NCBI GenBank assembly: GCA_951406725.2
Contig: OX597840.1
Coordinates: 31,310,001-31,374,000, forward strand
Length of the DNA stretch: 64,000 nucleotides
Direction of reading: 5' to 3'
Source of the DNA: Octopus vulgaris
Taxonomy: Eukaryota
Made by a program: the position numbers and the translations under genes. Under the pieces are notes generated by a model. The model saw only the letters and a list, made by a program, of their open reading frames with translations. It was not told where the DNA came from and made no database searches. This document shows, piece by piece, positions 14,259-28,468 of this stretch (the stretch's first letter is position 1; each line of letters opens with the position of its first letter).

Positions 14259-14280
14259 ATATATATATATCTATCTATCT

Positions 14281-14479
14281 GTTTATTTTTCCCCTATTGA
14301 TCAAATTTTTTACCTTCCCCCCACCTTTTTTTTTATATCCCCCTTATTTTGTCCTCTTTCTTTCCATTTACGATCCCTTTTGATCGAAAACCAAACCCCC
14401 TTCTTTTACCCCCAAAAGAAAAGCTCTACCTTGTAATTTTGTCCTGTCTGTGTGCAGCCCTGTGTGGCTAATAAAGAAA
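14281..14479 (+). mobile_element. Second 3'-UTR-only copy of the same LINE in (TATC)n
   Basis: aaagaaaagctctaccttgtaat...gcagccctgtgtggctaataaagaaa matches 13921-13985. Confidence 0.7.
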
Positions 14480-14481
14480 CA

Positions 14482-14547
<66 letters not shown>

Positions 14548-14548
<1 letters not shown>

Positions 14549-14714
14549 TCTGTGATACGCGATCCATTTTGATCCCCTTTTTTCCCCTGACATTTTTGAT
14601 CGGAGTTCTACTTTTTTTTCTCTTTTTTCCCTTTTTCTTTTCATTTTCGAAAAGAAAAGCTCTACATTTGTATTTGTCCCCTCCGTCTTCAGCCCTGTGT
14701 GGCCAATAAAGAAA
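14548..14714 (+). mobile_element. Third, more diverged 3'-UTR copy of the same LINE family in (TATC)n
   Basis: aaagaaaagctctac...tttgtcccctc...agccctgtgtggccaataaagaaa followed by (TATC)n. Confidence 0.65.
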
Positions 14715-14715
14715 G

Positions 14716-14773
<58 letters not shown>

Positions 14774-14782
14774 CTCTATCTA

Positions 14783-14815
<33 letters not shown>

Positions 14816-15246
14816 GTGCTTGTCTGTCTCTCTGTTCCATGTCCAGCTATCAATCTATCTGTCTCTCTGCCGATCTGTCTGTCTGTCTGTCTGTCAATAA
14901 ATTTGTCTGTCTGTCCGTCTGCCTGTCTTAAACACACTTGTTTTCATAAGGAAATGAACTGGATGTTATTTTAACCCTGTTATTATTATTAAACATAAGC
15001 AAATAAATATTGGAAAAAAAAACACACTTAATTGAAAGCTCCGCCTCACTTTCAGCCACTCTTACTATATCTCTCCTTTCTCACTCTCACACTCACTCAC
15101 TCACTCTCTTTCTCTCTGTTTCTTTAGTACGCACACACACTCGCACATTTATTCATACATCCATTGATAGGTACATATCAATTCATTCATATATACATAC
15201 ACATCTATCTATAAATCTGTCTGTCTGTGTATCTATCTATCTATCC

Positions 15247-15322
<76 letters not shown>

Positions 15323-15394
15323 ATCTATCTGTCTGTCTGTCTCTCTGTCTGTCTATCCTATCCATCCATCCATCCATCCATCCATCATCCATCC

Positions 15395-15448
<54 letters not shown>

Positions 15449-15516
15449 ATATATATATATATATATATATATCAATAAATGGTGGGGTTGTGTTGACCGC
15501 ACGTGGAGAAATGATA

Positions 15517-15591
15517 AGTAAGGAAAAATTTTTTTAATAAATGCAGAATGCTCCATTTGAGCATTCTGCATTTATTAAAAAAATTTTTCCT

Positions 15592-15595
<4 letters not shown>
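15517..15595. repeat. Perfect 37-bp inverted repeat with a 5-nt loop
   Basis: agtaaggaaaaatttttttaataaatgcagaatgctc-cattt-exact reverse complement. Confidence 0.9.
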
Positions 15596-15627
<32 letters not shown>

Positions 15628-15629
<2 letters not shown>

Positions 15630-15785
15630 CTACTACACACATTTTTTCTGTTTATCTTTCTGTAGAAGAGCGTGGGCTCGAAACGTAAAAGACTTTTTCT
15701 ATTCCTGAGCGTTATACTAATACATTTGTTTGTTTGTACACCACCTACCTTCGTCTTTTGTTTATTTTCGTAAACTTTCCCTTTA
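15628..15785 (+). mobile_element. Penelope-like-associated short repeat in (TA)n with a hammerhead-like motif (15655-15692)
   Basis: tcttt-CTGTAGA-a-gagc-gtgg-gctc-GAAA-cgta-aaaga; copies at 20340-20510 and 27568-27775. Confidence 0.6.
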
Positions 15786-16180
15786 TATATATATATATAT
15801 ATATATATCAAAACATACAAAAACGTACACATACATATGTATATTTTTATATATTTCTTTTCTCGCTAAAGTTGTATTCTTCAAAAGTCTCTCTGTATAA
15901 TCTGGGTATCCAATAGACACATGTATCCCTTAAAATGATTCTGAGGCAGATGGAGTGTGACACCCGGCTGTATCTTGTGAATCACGGGTATGATCTACTC
16001 GACGGGTTTCTATACCTTTTCCCTCTACACCATTTCACACATAAAGGTATTGAGCAACCCGATGGCTAGAGAAAAATATGTCTAAAATGTCAGGCTGTGG
16101 AATTGAACTCGGGATCTCGTGGTTACGAAACGAACTCCTTAACCGCTCACTCACACTGCATCTATATGTATTATGACTAC

Positions 16181-16213
<33 letters not shown>

Positions 16214-16445
16214 TATCATCAATGTCGTCATCATCGTCGTCATCATCATATTCATCATTATCATCATCATCATCATCATCATCATCGTCACCACCAACAT
16301 CACCGTCTTCATCATCATCATCATCATCGTCATCGTCATCATCATCATCATCATTACCATCAATGTCGTCATCATCGTCGTCATCATCATTATCACCATC
16401 ATCATCATCATCATCATCATCGCCATCATCATCATCATCATTACT

Positions 16446-16493
<48 letters not shown>

Positions 16494-16510
16494 GCCATCA
16501 TCATCATTGC

Positions 16511-16552
<42 letters not shown>

Positions 16553-16617
16553 TGCCATCATCATCATCATCATCATCCTCACCATCATCATCATCATCAT
16601 CATCATCATCGTCATCG
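16181..16617. repeat. (CAT)n-dominated trinucleotide tract
   Basis: Seen directly. Confidence 0.9.
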
Positions 16618-16836
16618 TTGGAGGGTAATTTTGTCCAGGCAGACATTCTACAGCTCGATGTCCATCCTTTTACCAATTCTCACCTGTTTCCAAGCAACGT
16701 AATAATTCTCCATGTTCCATGGATATTTCTTCACGGAACACTGGAAAAAAAAAAAAGACAACGTCGCATTATAATGCTGAAACTGGTTTTCAACCATTAC
16801 ACGAGATTGAAACAAGTGTACACACTCACACACACA

Positions 16837-16878
<42 letters not shown>

Positions 16879-16893
16879 TACACAGACACAGAC

Positions 16894-16938
<45 letters not shown>

Positions 16939-17092
16939 TACACACACACACGCACACACACGCGCGCGCGCGCGCACACACACACACACGTACACACACA
17001 CACGTGCACACACACACACAGATACACACGCGCACACACACACACAGATACACACACACACAGATACACACACACACACACTCACATACACA

Positions 17093-17144
<52 letters not shown>

Positions 17145-17401
17145 CCACCACCCCATCCTGCATATTCATTCACGTCATGAAACCCACGTGATTTCATCTT
17201 AATATAATGCTATTAAAGGCAAGGCACAGGGCCTGAAATTTGGGGGTTCTTATTTCATCGAGCCCGAAAGGATGAAAGGCTCTCTGTCTGTCTGTCTGTC
17301 TATCTATCTGTCTGTCTGTCTCTCTCTCTCTCTCGCTCTCTCCATCTGTATTTCTCTCTCAACAAAAACTTTTTCTTCTATCCTAAAAATACATTGTGAT
17401 A

Positions 17402-17561
17402 GGCTGTGTGGTAAATAGCTGGCTTACCAACCACATGGTTCCGGGTTCAGTCCCACTGCGTGGCACCTTGGGCAAGTGTCTTCTACTATAGCCTCGGGCC
17501 GACCAAAGCCTTGTGAGTGGATTTGGTAGACGGAAACTGAAAGAAACCCGTCGTATATATG

Positions 17562-17592
<31 letters not shown>

Positions 17593-17817
17593 GCGTGTGT
17601 GTGTTTGTGTGTCTGTGTTTGTCCCCCTAGCATTGCTTGATAACCGATGCTGGTGTGTTTATGTCCCCGTTACTTAGCGGTTCGGCAAAAGAGACCGATA
17701 GAATAAGTACTGGGCTTACAAAATAATAAATCCCGGGGTCGATTTGCTCGATTAAAGGTGGTGCCCCAGCATGGCCGCAGTCAAATGACTGAAACAAGTA
17801 AAAGAGTAAAAGAGAGT
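17402..17817 (+). mobile_element. SINE family A copy
   Basis: Matches the other copies. Confidence 0.85.
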
Positions 17818-17997
17818 ATATATTTTGATTCTCCCCTTTTCCCTCCCTTTTTGCCTTTCATCCTTTCGGGGTCGATAAATAAAGTACCAGTTACACACCG
17901 GGGTCGATATAATCGACTTAATCCCTTTATCTGTCCTTGTTTGCCCCCTCTATATTTAGCCTCTTGTAGACAATAGAAATATATATGCATATATATA

Positions 17998-18700
17998 CTA
18001 GACTACCTACCCGTGACCCGTTGGGTCACTGCCAGTTCAGGTTATAAAACGCTGAAGCTGATTTCAACATTGCATAGAAATGAAAGTTAATTTTATGATG
18101 ATTCAGTTAAATAATTCAGTTTGTTCGTGTCATTATATGTTTAGTATAGAAGTTTAAGTTTATGGTTTTATTGATGAATTAAAAAGTAAATGAGGGCAAA
18201 AAGCTCTCGCTTTTTCACAATAAAAAATCGTATTAAGGGAAAGATTCACTTTAAGGTAAGACTTTTATTTTTTTGGTCCAGTGGGGGTTTGTTGTTTGCG
18301 GTAATTATTTTTGTACAAGCAAGAGGTCCTCACTGGATTCTAAACTCTGGTCTGTCTGCAGTTGAGCAAAAGTGGTTCAAGTTAAGTGAATTTTTTTACT
18401 CACTTAATTGTGAGAATTGTTGCTTGAGGGCGTATCGCGCCTCCCAAAAGTTTGTTCACTTTTGTGAATTTTAAAAATAATTGTGAGAATTGTTGCTTTG
18501 GAGGAGTATCTTTACCTCCGAAGATTGGACGATGTTACTCTTGTTATAGTCCCAGGAAAACATGTTTTCCATCTGGCTATCGACGCACACTTTGTGTCCT
18601 TATAGCATTTGCAAGGGAGGTCATCGCTCCTATGTCTAGCTTTACGTGATACTCAAAGACCTAGATTCCTGGATGTTATCCCTCCTCAGTATGAGTTAAC
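17998..18700 (-). mobile_element. Probable Helitron-like element (3' end CTAG plus subterminal hairpin); 5' limit uncertain
   Basis: a-ctag at 17997-18001 followed by the hairpin gtgaccc-gtt-gggtcac. Confidence 0.4.
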
Positions 18701-18743
18701 CACAAGCTAGTGACAAAAGCTCTCTCCACTTGCAACTACTATA

Positions 18744-19125
18744 TCTCTCTATATATAAACGGCAGTTTGTCTGTGTGTGTGTCTGTGTGTGTTTCTGTGT
18801 GTCTGTCAGGTTGTACCCTCACCCTGACCACGGCTTTCAACCGATTCTGATGAAACTTGACACACACATAGCCCAATGTCATAATTCAAAACTAACGCAG
18901 TTCTGAAAAAAATCGATAAATTCGACATGGGGTCGAGAATCAGAAACACAAACCACAGACTGTCTAGGGGACGCAACTCAACCTTTTTAACTCTCAAAAA
19001 CAAATTTACCATAATTTTTTCCCATTTTTTTGCTATTTTTTTGCTATTTTTTGGCTATAACTCTCTAAAAATGCTTTATAGTTATTTCCCTTACAAACCC
19101 GAGCAACGCCGGGCGATACTGCTAG
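18744..19125 (+). mobile_element. Non-autonomous Helitron
   Basis: A|TCTCTCTATATATAAA 5' end; GC-rich hairpin cccgagcaacgccggg then CTAG|T at the 3' end; related copies elsewhere in the window. Confidence 0.8.
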
Positions 19126-19437
19126 TATTTTCTAAGCGGCACACAATCGCTGATCTCGTAAAGAGTGTGAGCGAGAGAGATCGACAGTAAAATTACCGGA
19201 TACTAATGTTTATATGCCAACAGAACGTGGCAGTCGTGTATAGGACGTTGTTATCTCTTATCTTTTACATGTCCTGTCACTGGAATGCGAGATTGGCAAG
19301 GAAATGCTTTGAAGGATAATAACGGGAATGTAAAACAACTGACCCCTATTTACAAACGGGGATGGAGGGCTGCACAAAGACAGGCACAAAGACAAACAGA
19401 AATAATCACTCTTAGGGGTACACACGCACGCACATAT

Positions 19438-19669
19438 ATTTCTTTACTACCCACAAGGGGCTAAAAACAGAGGAGACAAACAAGGACAGACAAACGGATT
19501 AAGTCGATTACATCGACCCCAGTGCGTAACTGGTACTTAATTTATCGACCCCGGAAGGATGAAAGGCAAAGTCAACCACGGCGGAATTTGAACTCGGAAC
19601 GTAACGGCAGACGAAATACGGCAACGCATTTCGCCCGGCGTGGTAACGTTTCTGCCAGCTCGCTGCCTT
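19438..19669 (-). mobile_element. SINE family B, tail type 2, single full copy
   Basis: Head to aaagaaat tail on the minus strand. Confidence 0.85.
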
Positions 19670-19903
19670 GATCGACCGCATCCACAAGCACACAGACACA
19701 CACATACACACATACACACACTTATAACTGACTGAAGCTTCCATACAGTTTCCACTTGTCATGTTCACTCACAAACGATTTTTCGAAACGAGAGGCTAAA
19801 CAGCATGCTGCCGTTGAATAGGATTGAACACGAAACCACTTGGTTGCAAAGCGAGTTCCTTAACAGCACAGACGACCCTGCGCCTATTTATATGCACATG
19901 AAT

Positions 19904-19969
<66 letters not shown>

Positions 19970-20270
19970 ACACACGCATATATATATATATATATAGGCA
20001 TGGGGATTACAAGGAAAAAAAATAGAACATACATAGTATATATATATATTTATTAATGTTTAGAGAATTGACTGCGGCTGCTGGAGCACCGCCTTTAATC
20101 AGCAACTCGACCGGACTTATTCTTTTTGTAAGCCCAGTACTTATTCTATCGGTCTCTTTTTACGAACCGCTATAACGGGGACATAAACACCCAGGGTTTG
20201 AGAAGCGCTACGACAGGCTCCTTTCAGTTCTCTACCAAATCCATCACAAGGCATTGGTATAGCAGAAGAC

Positions 20271-20327
<57 letters not shown>

Positions 20328-20339
20328 CATACATAAATC

Positions 20340-20510
20340 GTTAGCAACTACACACATTTTTTCTCTCCTTGTTTTTTGTCCCTTTCTGTAGAAGAGCGTA
20401 GGCTCGAAACGTAAAAGACATTTTCTATTCCTGAGCGTTATACTAATACATCTGTCTGTTTTGTACACCACCTGTCTTCGTCTTTTGGTTTTTTTCGTAA
20501 ACTTTCCCAT
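20340..20510 (+). mobile_element. Penelope-like-associated short repeat with a hammerhead-like motif (20382-20417)
   Basis: Matches 15628-15785. Confidence 0.6.
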
Positions 20511-20590
<80 letters not shown>

Positions 20591-20984
20591 CATAAATATA
20601 TGCATGAATGTGTATATGTATGTATGTATAATTCCCCGCTAAGTAGCCGGTATTAAGTGTAACTCTAGATATTATGTAACATATTGTAAATGGGACGGTC
20701 AAAGCTACACGTCCTACAGCAGGTACCATGCACCGATTTCCTCGGGCGATGTTAAAACGTCATCACTTCTTAAACACATAGGCACGTATGTATATATACG
20801 GACATACAATATCATCGTGTGGCTAGCACATATATATATGTATCTAATCCTATGCTTGTATATATAAGGATATATAGTTACAAATACACACGCACTCAAT
20901 ACGTTTGTAAACACACACACACACACTCATATTGATATAGATATGTGCGCATATATTTACAGTAACGAAACGAGCGTGTATGAC

Positions 20985-21059
<75 letters not shown>

Positions 21060-21192
21060 GTGTATATATATATGTATATATATATATATGTGTGTGTAGT
21101 TTTATTGTATACATGATGCATGTATTCTATCTATCTATCTATCGGTATGCATGTATGTATGTATACTTAAATTGTACACTGCTGTGTTATTG

Positions 21193-21264
<72 letters not shown>

Positions 21265-21308
21265 GGAGTATACGAGCATATATACGTAGATATACGTTTT
21301 TATACATG

Positions 21309-21350
<42 letters not shown>

Positions 21351-21674
21351 AACGTATGTATATGTAAATACGAATAAATATATATGCATACATATATATA
21401 TAAATGTATATATGTATATATATATATGTATGCATACACGCATATATCTCTCACTTTATACATATGTATATATGTATATATATATACATACACACACACG
21501 CATGCACACACATACATATATGTATACATACATATAAACACACACAGAATCTCGTACGTATACATATGCAAGTGTATATACACATACGTAAGTTCATATA
21601 CATAGGGCAATCCATGGAGCAGTTTACCGTTGTTTTCTTTTGCGAGGGAAAGACAGATTCATATAGAGAGAAAA

Positions 21675-21720
<46 letters not shown>

Positions 21721-21902
21721 GATAGTGTGAGGGGGGAGAGGGGGAAAGAGAGGAACTTTATCAATTTCCCGCCATTTAGTGACAGATAAAAGCTTGATGT
21801 GACGTGTGGCACTTTATTGGTGTCACTTAGTGCATCTTTTTAACATCTTCAATTATTTCTGTGCCGGAAGTCGTGGCAGACGTTCTTAAAAAAATTAAAT
21901 AT

Positions 21903-21937
<35 letters not shown>

Positions 21938-22074
21938 AGATATACATGTGTGTGCATATACATATATGTCCATATATCTATGTATATGCACATATGTATA
22001 TCTACACGTATACACATATATATATATGTGTGTGTGTGTGTGTATGTATATATATATATATATGTACATATATA

Positions 22075-22114
<40 letters not shown>

Positions 22115-22132
22115 AGTGTGTGTGTGTGTGTC

Positions 22133-22191
<59 letters not shown>

Positions 22192-22313
22192 GTATATATG
22201 TGTGTGTATGTATGCATATATACATACATACACATACACACACATAGATATGTGTATATATGTATGTGTATATATTCATGTATATGTATACACGCGCGCT
22301 CTCACACACACAC

Positions 22314-22356
<43 letters not shown>

Positions 22357-22784
22357 TATATATAATGTATGTGATCGTTACAGTGAGAGTGTGTGTATGT
22401 TTGTGTCTGTGAGAGAGGGAGAGAGTGAGAGCGAGAAAGAGAGAGGGGTAAGCGAGAGAGTGAAAGTGAATGTGTATGTGTGTGTGTGTGTGTGTGAAAT
22501 GATTAATTGATCCCAAGATGCTGAGAAATTAGGAGAAGGAGGGGCAGAAAAAGGGGAGGCGTAGATTGATGCCGGTGCGGTGGGGTGTTTGACCTAGTCG
22601 ATATTATAAGTGGTTTATAGATATCGCTGCTCTACATTTTCGAATATTTCTTGAGTTCGATCTTCTCTGGAGTTTCTACATTTTTCTTTATCTCAGGGCA
22701 AACATTAATCTGTCTTCTACTCACCCTTAACCCCCACTCTCTCTCTCTCTCTCGCTCACTCGCTCGTTTTCTGAAATCATGTCT

Positions 22785-23440
22785 TACTGCCCTTAATCCC
22801 TTTTAATACTAACCCGGCCGAGATCGTCCATGGGTCTACAGCACAAACTTAGAGTGTTAAAATGATCTGACTTAAAAGGGTCTTCTGAAATTCCATTTTA
22901 AATTTGTGCCCCAAATTCCTGTGAAATAATGATATCAAAGTTTAGCACAAGGGCAACAATTTCGGGGAGGGGTTAAGTCTATTTCATCGACCCCATAACA
23001 TATATACTGCCCTTAATCCCTTTTTATACTAACCCGGCCGAGATCGTCCATGGGTTTACAGCACAAACTTAGAGTGTTAAAATGATCTGACTTAAAAGGT
23101 TCTGAAATTCCATTTTAAATTTGTGCCCCAAATTCCTGTGAAATAAGGATTTGAAAGTTTAGCACAAGGGCAACAATTTCGGGGAAGGGTTAAGTCTATT
23201 TCATCGACCCCATAACATATATACTGCCCTTAATCCCTTTTAATACTAACCCGGCCGAGATCGTCCATGGGTCTACGGCACAAACTTAGAGTGTTAAAAT
23301 GATCTGACTCAAAAGGTTCTTCTGAAATTCCATTTTAAATTTGTGCCCCAAATTCCTGTGAAATAATGATTTGAAAGTTTAGCACAAGGGCAACAATTTC
23401 GGGGAGGGGTTAAGTCTATTTCATCGACCCCATAACATAA
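22785..23440. repeat. Tandem triplication of a ~218-bp unit that includes a SINE-B 3' end
   Basis: tactgcccttaatccc at 22785, 23005 and 23222; the third unit runs into a minus-strand SINE-B ending ~23581. Confidence 0.9.
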
Positions 23441-24150
23441 CTGGTACCTATTTTATCGAACCCAAAATGGATGAAAGGTAAAGTCGACCACGGCGGAATT
23501 TAAACTCAGAACGTGAAAACGGACGAAATGCCGCCAAACATTTCATCCGGCATGCTAACAATTCTGCCAGCTCGCCGCCTTACTCCTGTTGCAAAACGAC
23601 AAATTTGTTTTATCAAATATTTCATTATTTGAAACCTTCACTTTTGTGGAGGTTTCAAATCTCTGGTAAGAATTTTTAGGCGCAGGAGTGACTGTGTGGT
23701 AAGTAGCTTGCTTACCAACCACATGGTTCCGGGATCAGTCACTCGATTGACAATAATGAGTTGTACCCGTAAATTCAAAAGACCAGCCTTGTCACATTCT
23801 GTTACAACGAATCTCCCCGACAGCTCTGTTAAAGGTATGCATATCTGTGGAATACCCAACCACTCGCGCGTTATTTTCACGAGCAAGTTGTTTCTGTTGA
23901 CTAGATCACCTGGAACCCTCATCGTCATAACCGATGGAGTACCGGTGTTAATATAAGAGACCCGTAGTGGAGCGCCACCATTGCCCTCCCCCCAGCAATT
24001 CTTCTGGATCATGGACGCTTTGCTGGGTCAAAGGTTTGAAGAGCAAAATGATGTCAACGATCACGTTGAAAACGATTAACAAAAGTGATTTACCCTCCCA
24101 AGCCAGGCTCGCTAGCGAGTGACGACTATGCTTAAATTATTATTATTATT

Positions 24151-24705
24151 GTGTGAGGGAGCAGTTCATGCCATCAAAGTGACACTGGGGGAAAATATAC
24201 GAAGCCCAGTATGCCCATCCTGACTACTTGTCTGATAAGGGTACACCACGCACATGCATCACAACCATATGTGTGTGATATGGTGATCTCATATCAAGAT
24301 AAACAGCACATGACCTTGCAGGTGGGGCCCAGTTAGAATTTTCTTCAGGTTGAGTAACCCATCCCGCTCAAAAGGTCCCTGAATAAGGGTTGTTTAAGGA
24401 TGTTGAATGAAACACCCATGTTTCCAGAGGTGAATTATTCAAACCCCAAAGAATCCCTCTCAACACATGGCTATGATACTCCCCCACTACTTCTGCTCGT
24501 GATCAGAGATGCACATATCGTCAGCCACTAAGAGACATGCTCAACTGGTTAAGGTCAAACAACTGACAAGCAAATCTGTGGTATTGAGCAGAATATTTGC
24601 TGTAGCCCATCTTTTATACCAAGACAAAACAATGTACATGATAACACTTCCAATCAGTTAAGATTAGAAAGCATGAGAGCCACTGCCTGGTACTGCATCA
24701 GGGCA
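24151..24705. mobile_element. ~550-bp (TAA)n-associated element, copy 2
   Basis: Matches 3848-4398; TTA flanks. Confidence 0.8.
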
Positions 24706-25250
24706 TTTATTATTATTATTATTACTGTTTCCTTTTTTTTTACTTTTAACCTTTTGGTTATCACATCTCTGCCGAAACACACCTCCTCAATTAAAATTTG
24801 AAATAAAGAATTTAGTAAAATATCTTTGTCATTATAAAACATGTCTGAAATATAAACTGATTTCAAATTTTGGTACAAAGCCAGTCAGATTAGGGAAGTG
24901 GGGCCGAATCGATTACATCGATCCCTGTGTTTAACTGGCACTTATTTTATCGACCCCGAACGGCTGAAAGGCAAAGTCGACCTTCATAGCATTTGAACTC
25001 AGAAAGTAAGGATGGATGAAGCACCACTAGGCATTTTACCCTGCGTGCTAACAATTCTTCAAGTTTGCAGCCATGTTTGGAACATAAATTAACTTGACAC
25101 TTTTATGGTAGGGTTTAAATTAGATCTCTTTAAGACAGTTTGTCTTAGACCAAAAAGTCTCTGGTTGATTGGTATCAAAAGACTTAAGAATTTTTTTTAC
25201 CATATTTTTTTTCGAATGCGCTACATTTATTTCAATTAATTTTGAAAATT

Positions 25251-25669
<419 letters not shown>

Positions 25670-25840
25670 ACTGAAGCAACGTGAGAGGAAATGTGTTGCC
25701 CAAGGACACAATGCACCGACAGGTATTGAACTCACGACCCCCACGATCGTGAACTGAAAACCCCAACCTCTCACCCACGCGTTTTCTGTATAGAATTTGA
25801 GGCAAAGTGTAGGTGGCAGCAAACTCAAAGTGACAGCTAC

Positions 25841-25893
<53 letters not shown>

Positions 25894-26224
25894 GAGACAG
25901 ACAGACAGACAGAGAGACAGACAGACAGAGAGACAGAGAGACAGACAGACAGACAGAGTGACAATTGCATTGAGCTTGTTAGTTCTAATTTTCAGCTGAG
26001 AAGACTTGAACAGTTTGAAATAAAGTGCCTTGTTTTATTCAGGGCCCAAACTTACAACCTGTCCCAGCAATCTATCCAATGACTTTATTACCATGAGCTC
26101 AAAAAAAAAAAAAATAGCTCGTGAGCTATCACCCTTAAGATCAAGGCCATATTGGATAGATATATGTACACACATACACACACACATACACACGTGTGTG
26201 TGTATTATATATTTTAAAAAAGTG

Positions 26225-26473
26225 TTCCTTCCCGAGCCATGTCAGGCTCATAAGGGCCGGTTTCCCGGTTTCAGTGGCGTGGAAATTCCCCAGCTGGACG
26301 GGACGCCAGTCCATCGCAGGGTTACTCATTTTTGCCAGCTGAGAGAACTGGAGTAACGGGAAAATGAAGTGTTTTGCTCAAGAACACAACTCATCATCGC
26401 CCGGTCCAGGAATCGAAACCAAAACCTTTTGATCATGAGTCCAACACCATAACCACTAAACCACGCACCTCCA
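26225..26473 (-). mobile_element. tRNA-derived SINE family D
   Basis: Minus-strand head ggaggtgcgtggtttagtggttatgg...gtttcgattcc; copies at 38963-39204 and 58611-59077. Confidence 0.8.
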
Positions 26474-26508
26474 CGTATTATATATTTAAGGGTCCTTAAT
26501 TCGTGACG

Positions 26509-26856
26509 TATATTTGCCATTTTAATATGGCTAACCCCTAAGGGTGGATGCTACTGTAGTTTGTAGCCCCAAGAGGATACCTCTTCCAGCTAGCTATAGA
26601 CACACTTTCTGTGCCCTATCAGTATTTGCAAAGGGAAGCCATCCTTCCCGTCTTCAACTTATGATACACACGGATACTCAGAAACCCGAGTCCGTGTGTA
26701 TCATAAGTTGGAGACGGGAAGGATGGCTTCCCTTTGCAAATACTGATAGGGCACAGAAAGTGTGTCTATAGCCAGCTGGAGGAGGTGTCCTCCTGGGGCT
26801 ACAAACTACAGTCGCATCCACCCTTAGGGGTTAGCCATATTTAAATGGCATATATA
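26509..26856. mobile_element. Fold-back element with ~165-bp near-perfect inverted arms
   Basis: Arms 26509-26674 and 26691-26856; 12-bp direct repeat ggtccttaattc at 26491-26502 and 26859-26870. Confidence 0.85.
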
Positions 26857-27350
26857 TTGGTCCTTAATTCACATTCTCCTTATTCACATAACCTCTGTTT
26901 CTCACGGTTCATCTTAGTATTTACCTCTCTTTCATTTATTCCCACTCCCTCTCTCTTCCAATCTCCCTCTCTCTTCCTCTCCCCCTCTCTCTTTCTCTCT
27001 CCCTCTGTCTATGAGTCTTTCTCTTTTGCTCACTCATTCTCTCTCATGATTTCTCTCTTTCTCAGTCGATCTCATTCTGTCATTACGGAACTTATATAAA
27101 CGTCAACTCATCCATCTTATTAGCGTGTGTATTCCAGTCAGTAATTCTGTGTATGTGTATACGTACGTATATATGCGCAATTAACATACATACATACGGA
27201 CATATATACATAAGTGTATATATATGTGCGTGTGTGTATTTACACGCAAACACACACACACACACTCACATCTGCACTTGTACAGATTCAGTGAGCAATT
27301 TTTGCTATATTCTTTGTGCAAATTTTAAATTTACCATTCCCTGATATACT

Positions 27351-27388
<38 letters not shown>

Positions 27389-27470
27389 GGTGGTGGTGGT
27401 AGTAATAGCAGCCACAGCAGCAGTATCTTTGTCATCCGTGGGCTCGGCTTAATGTAGTCAGTTTTGGCCA

Positions 27471-27535
<65 letters not shown>

Positions 27536-27567
27536 GATCTATCATATATATATATATATATATATGA

Positions 27568-27772
27568 TAGATCGGTAGCCACTACACACACATTTTCTCT
27601 CTCCTTTGTTTTCTCTCCTTGTTTCTCCCCTTCTTTTCTTCTGTGTCCCTTTCTGTAGAAGAGCGTAGGCTCGAAACGTAAAAGACTTTTTCTATTCCTG
27701 AGCGCTATACTAATACATCTGTTTGTTTTGTACACCACCTGTCTTCGTCTAATCTAAATTTTGTGAACTCTC

Positions 27773-27775
<3 letters not shown>
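27568..27775 (+). mobile_element. Penelope-like-associated short repeat in (TA)n with a hammerhead-like motif (27649-27684)
   Basis: Matches 15628-15785. Confidence 0.6.
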
Positions 27776-27832
<57 letters not shown>

Positions 27833-28162
27833 CTGTATGAGGCACCGAGTTGGCAGAACTTAAAAGGCTAAACAAAATACTTAGTGGCATTTACATTCTG
27901 AGATCGAATTCCACTGAGATCGACTTTGCTTTCCATTATTTTCGCGGCCGATAACATAAGCACCAGTTGAGCACACTGGCGTTGGTGCAATCGACTTATC
28001 ATCTCTCCCGATGTTTCTGGCTTTGTGACAAAGTTTGAAACCATGATATATATATATATATATATATATAGTGGTGAGAAACTGTCAAGCGACCTGAGAC
28101 GCGCAATGTCTTCAGAGAAAGAAACATTTGCTTAGACAAGTGTTTCGCCCTTTAACTTTATA

Positions 28163-28230
<68 letters not shown>

Positions 28231-28303
28231 CATACATACACACACACAGAGTTTACGATGTATCTAAGTGCGAGTTATGCATGGATTGGTAACATTGTGA
28301 AGC

Positions 28304-28376
<73 letters not shown>

Positions 28377-28383
28377 TATATAC

Positions 28384-28468
<85 letters not shown>

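Noticed and set aside
18847-18857. CTGATGA-AAC motif in Helitron copies as a possible hammerhead
   Set aside because: No stem II or downstream GAAA in the required geometry.
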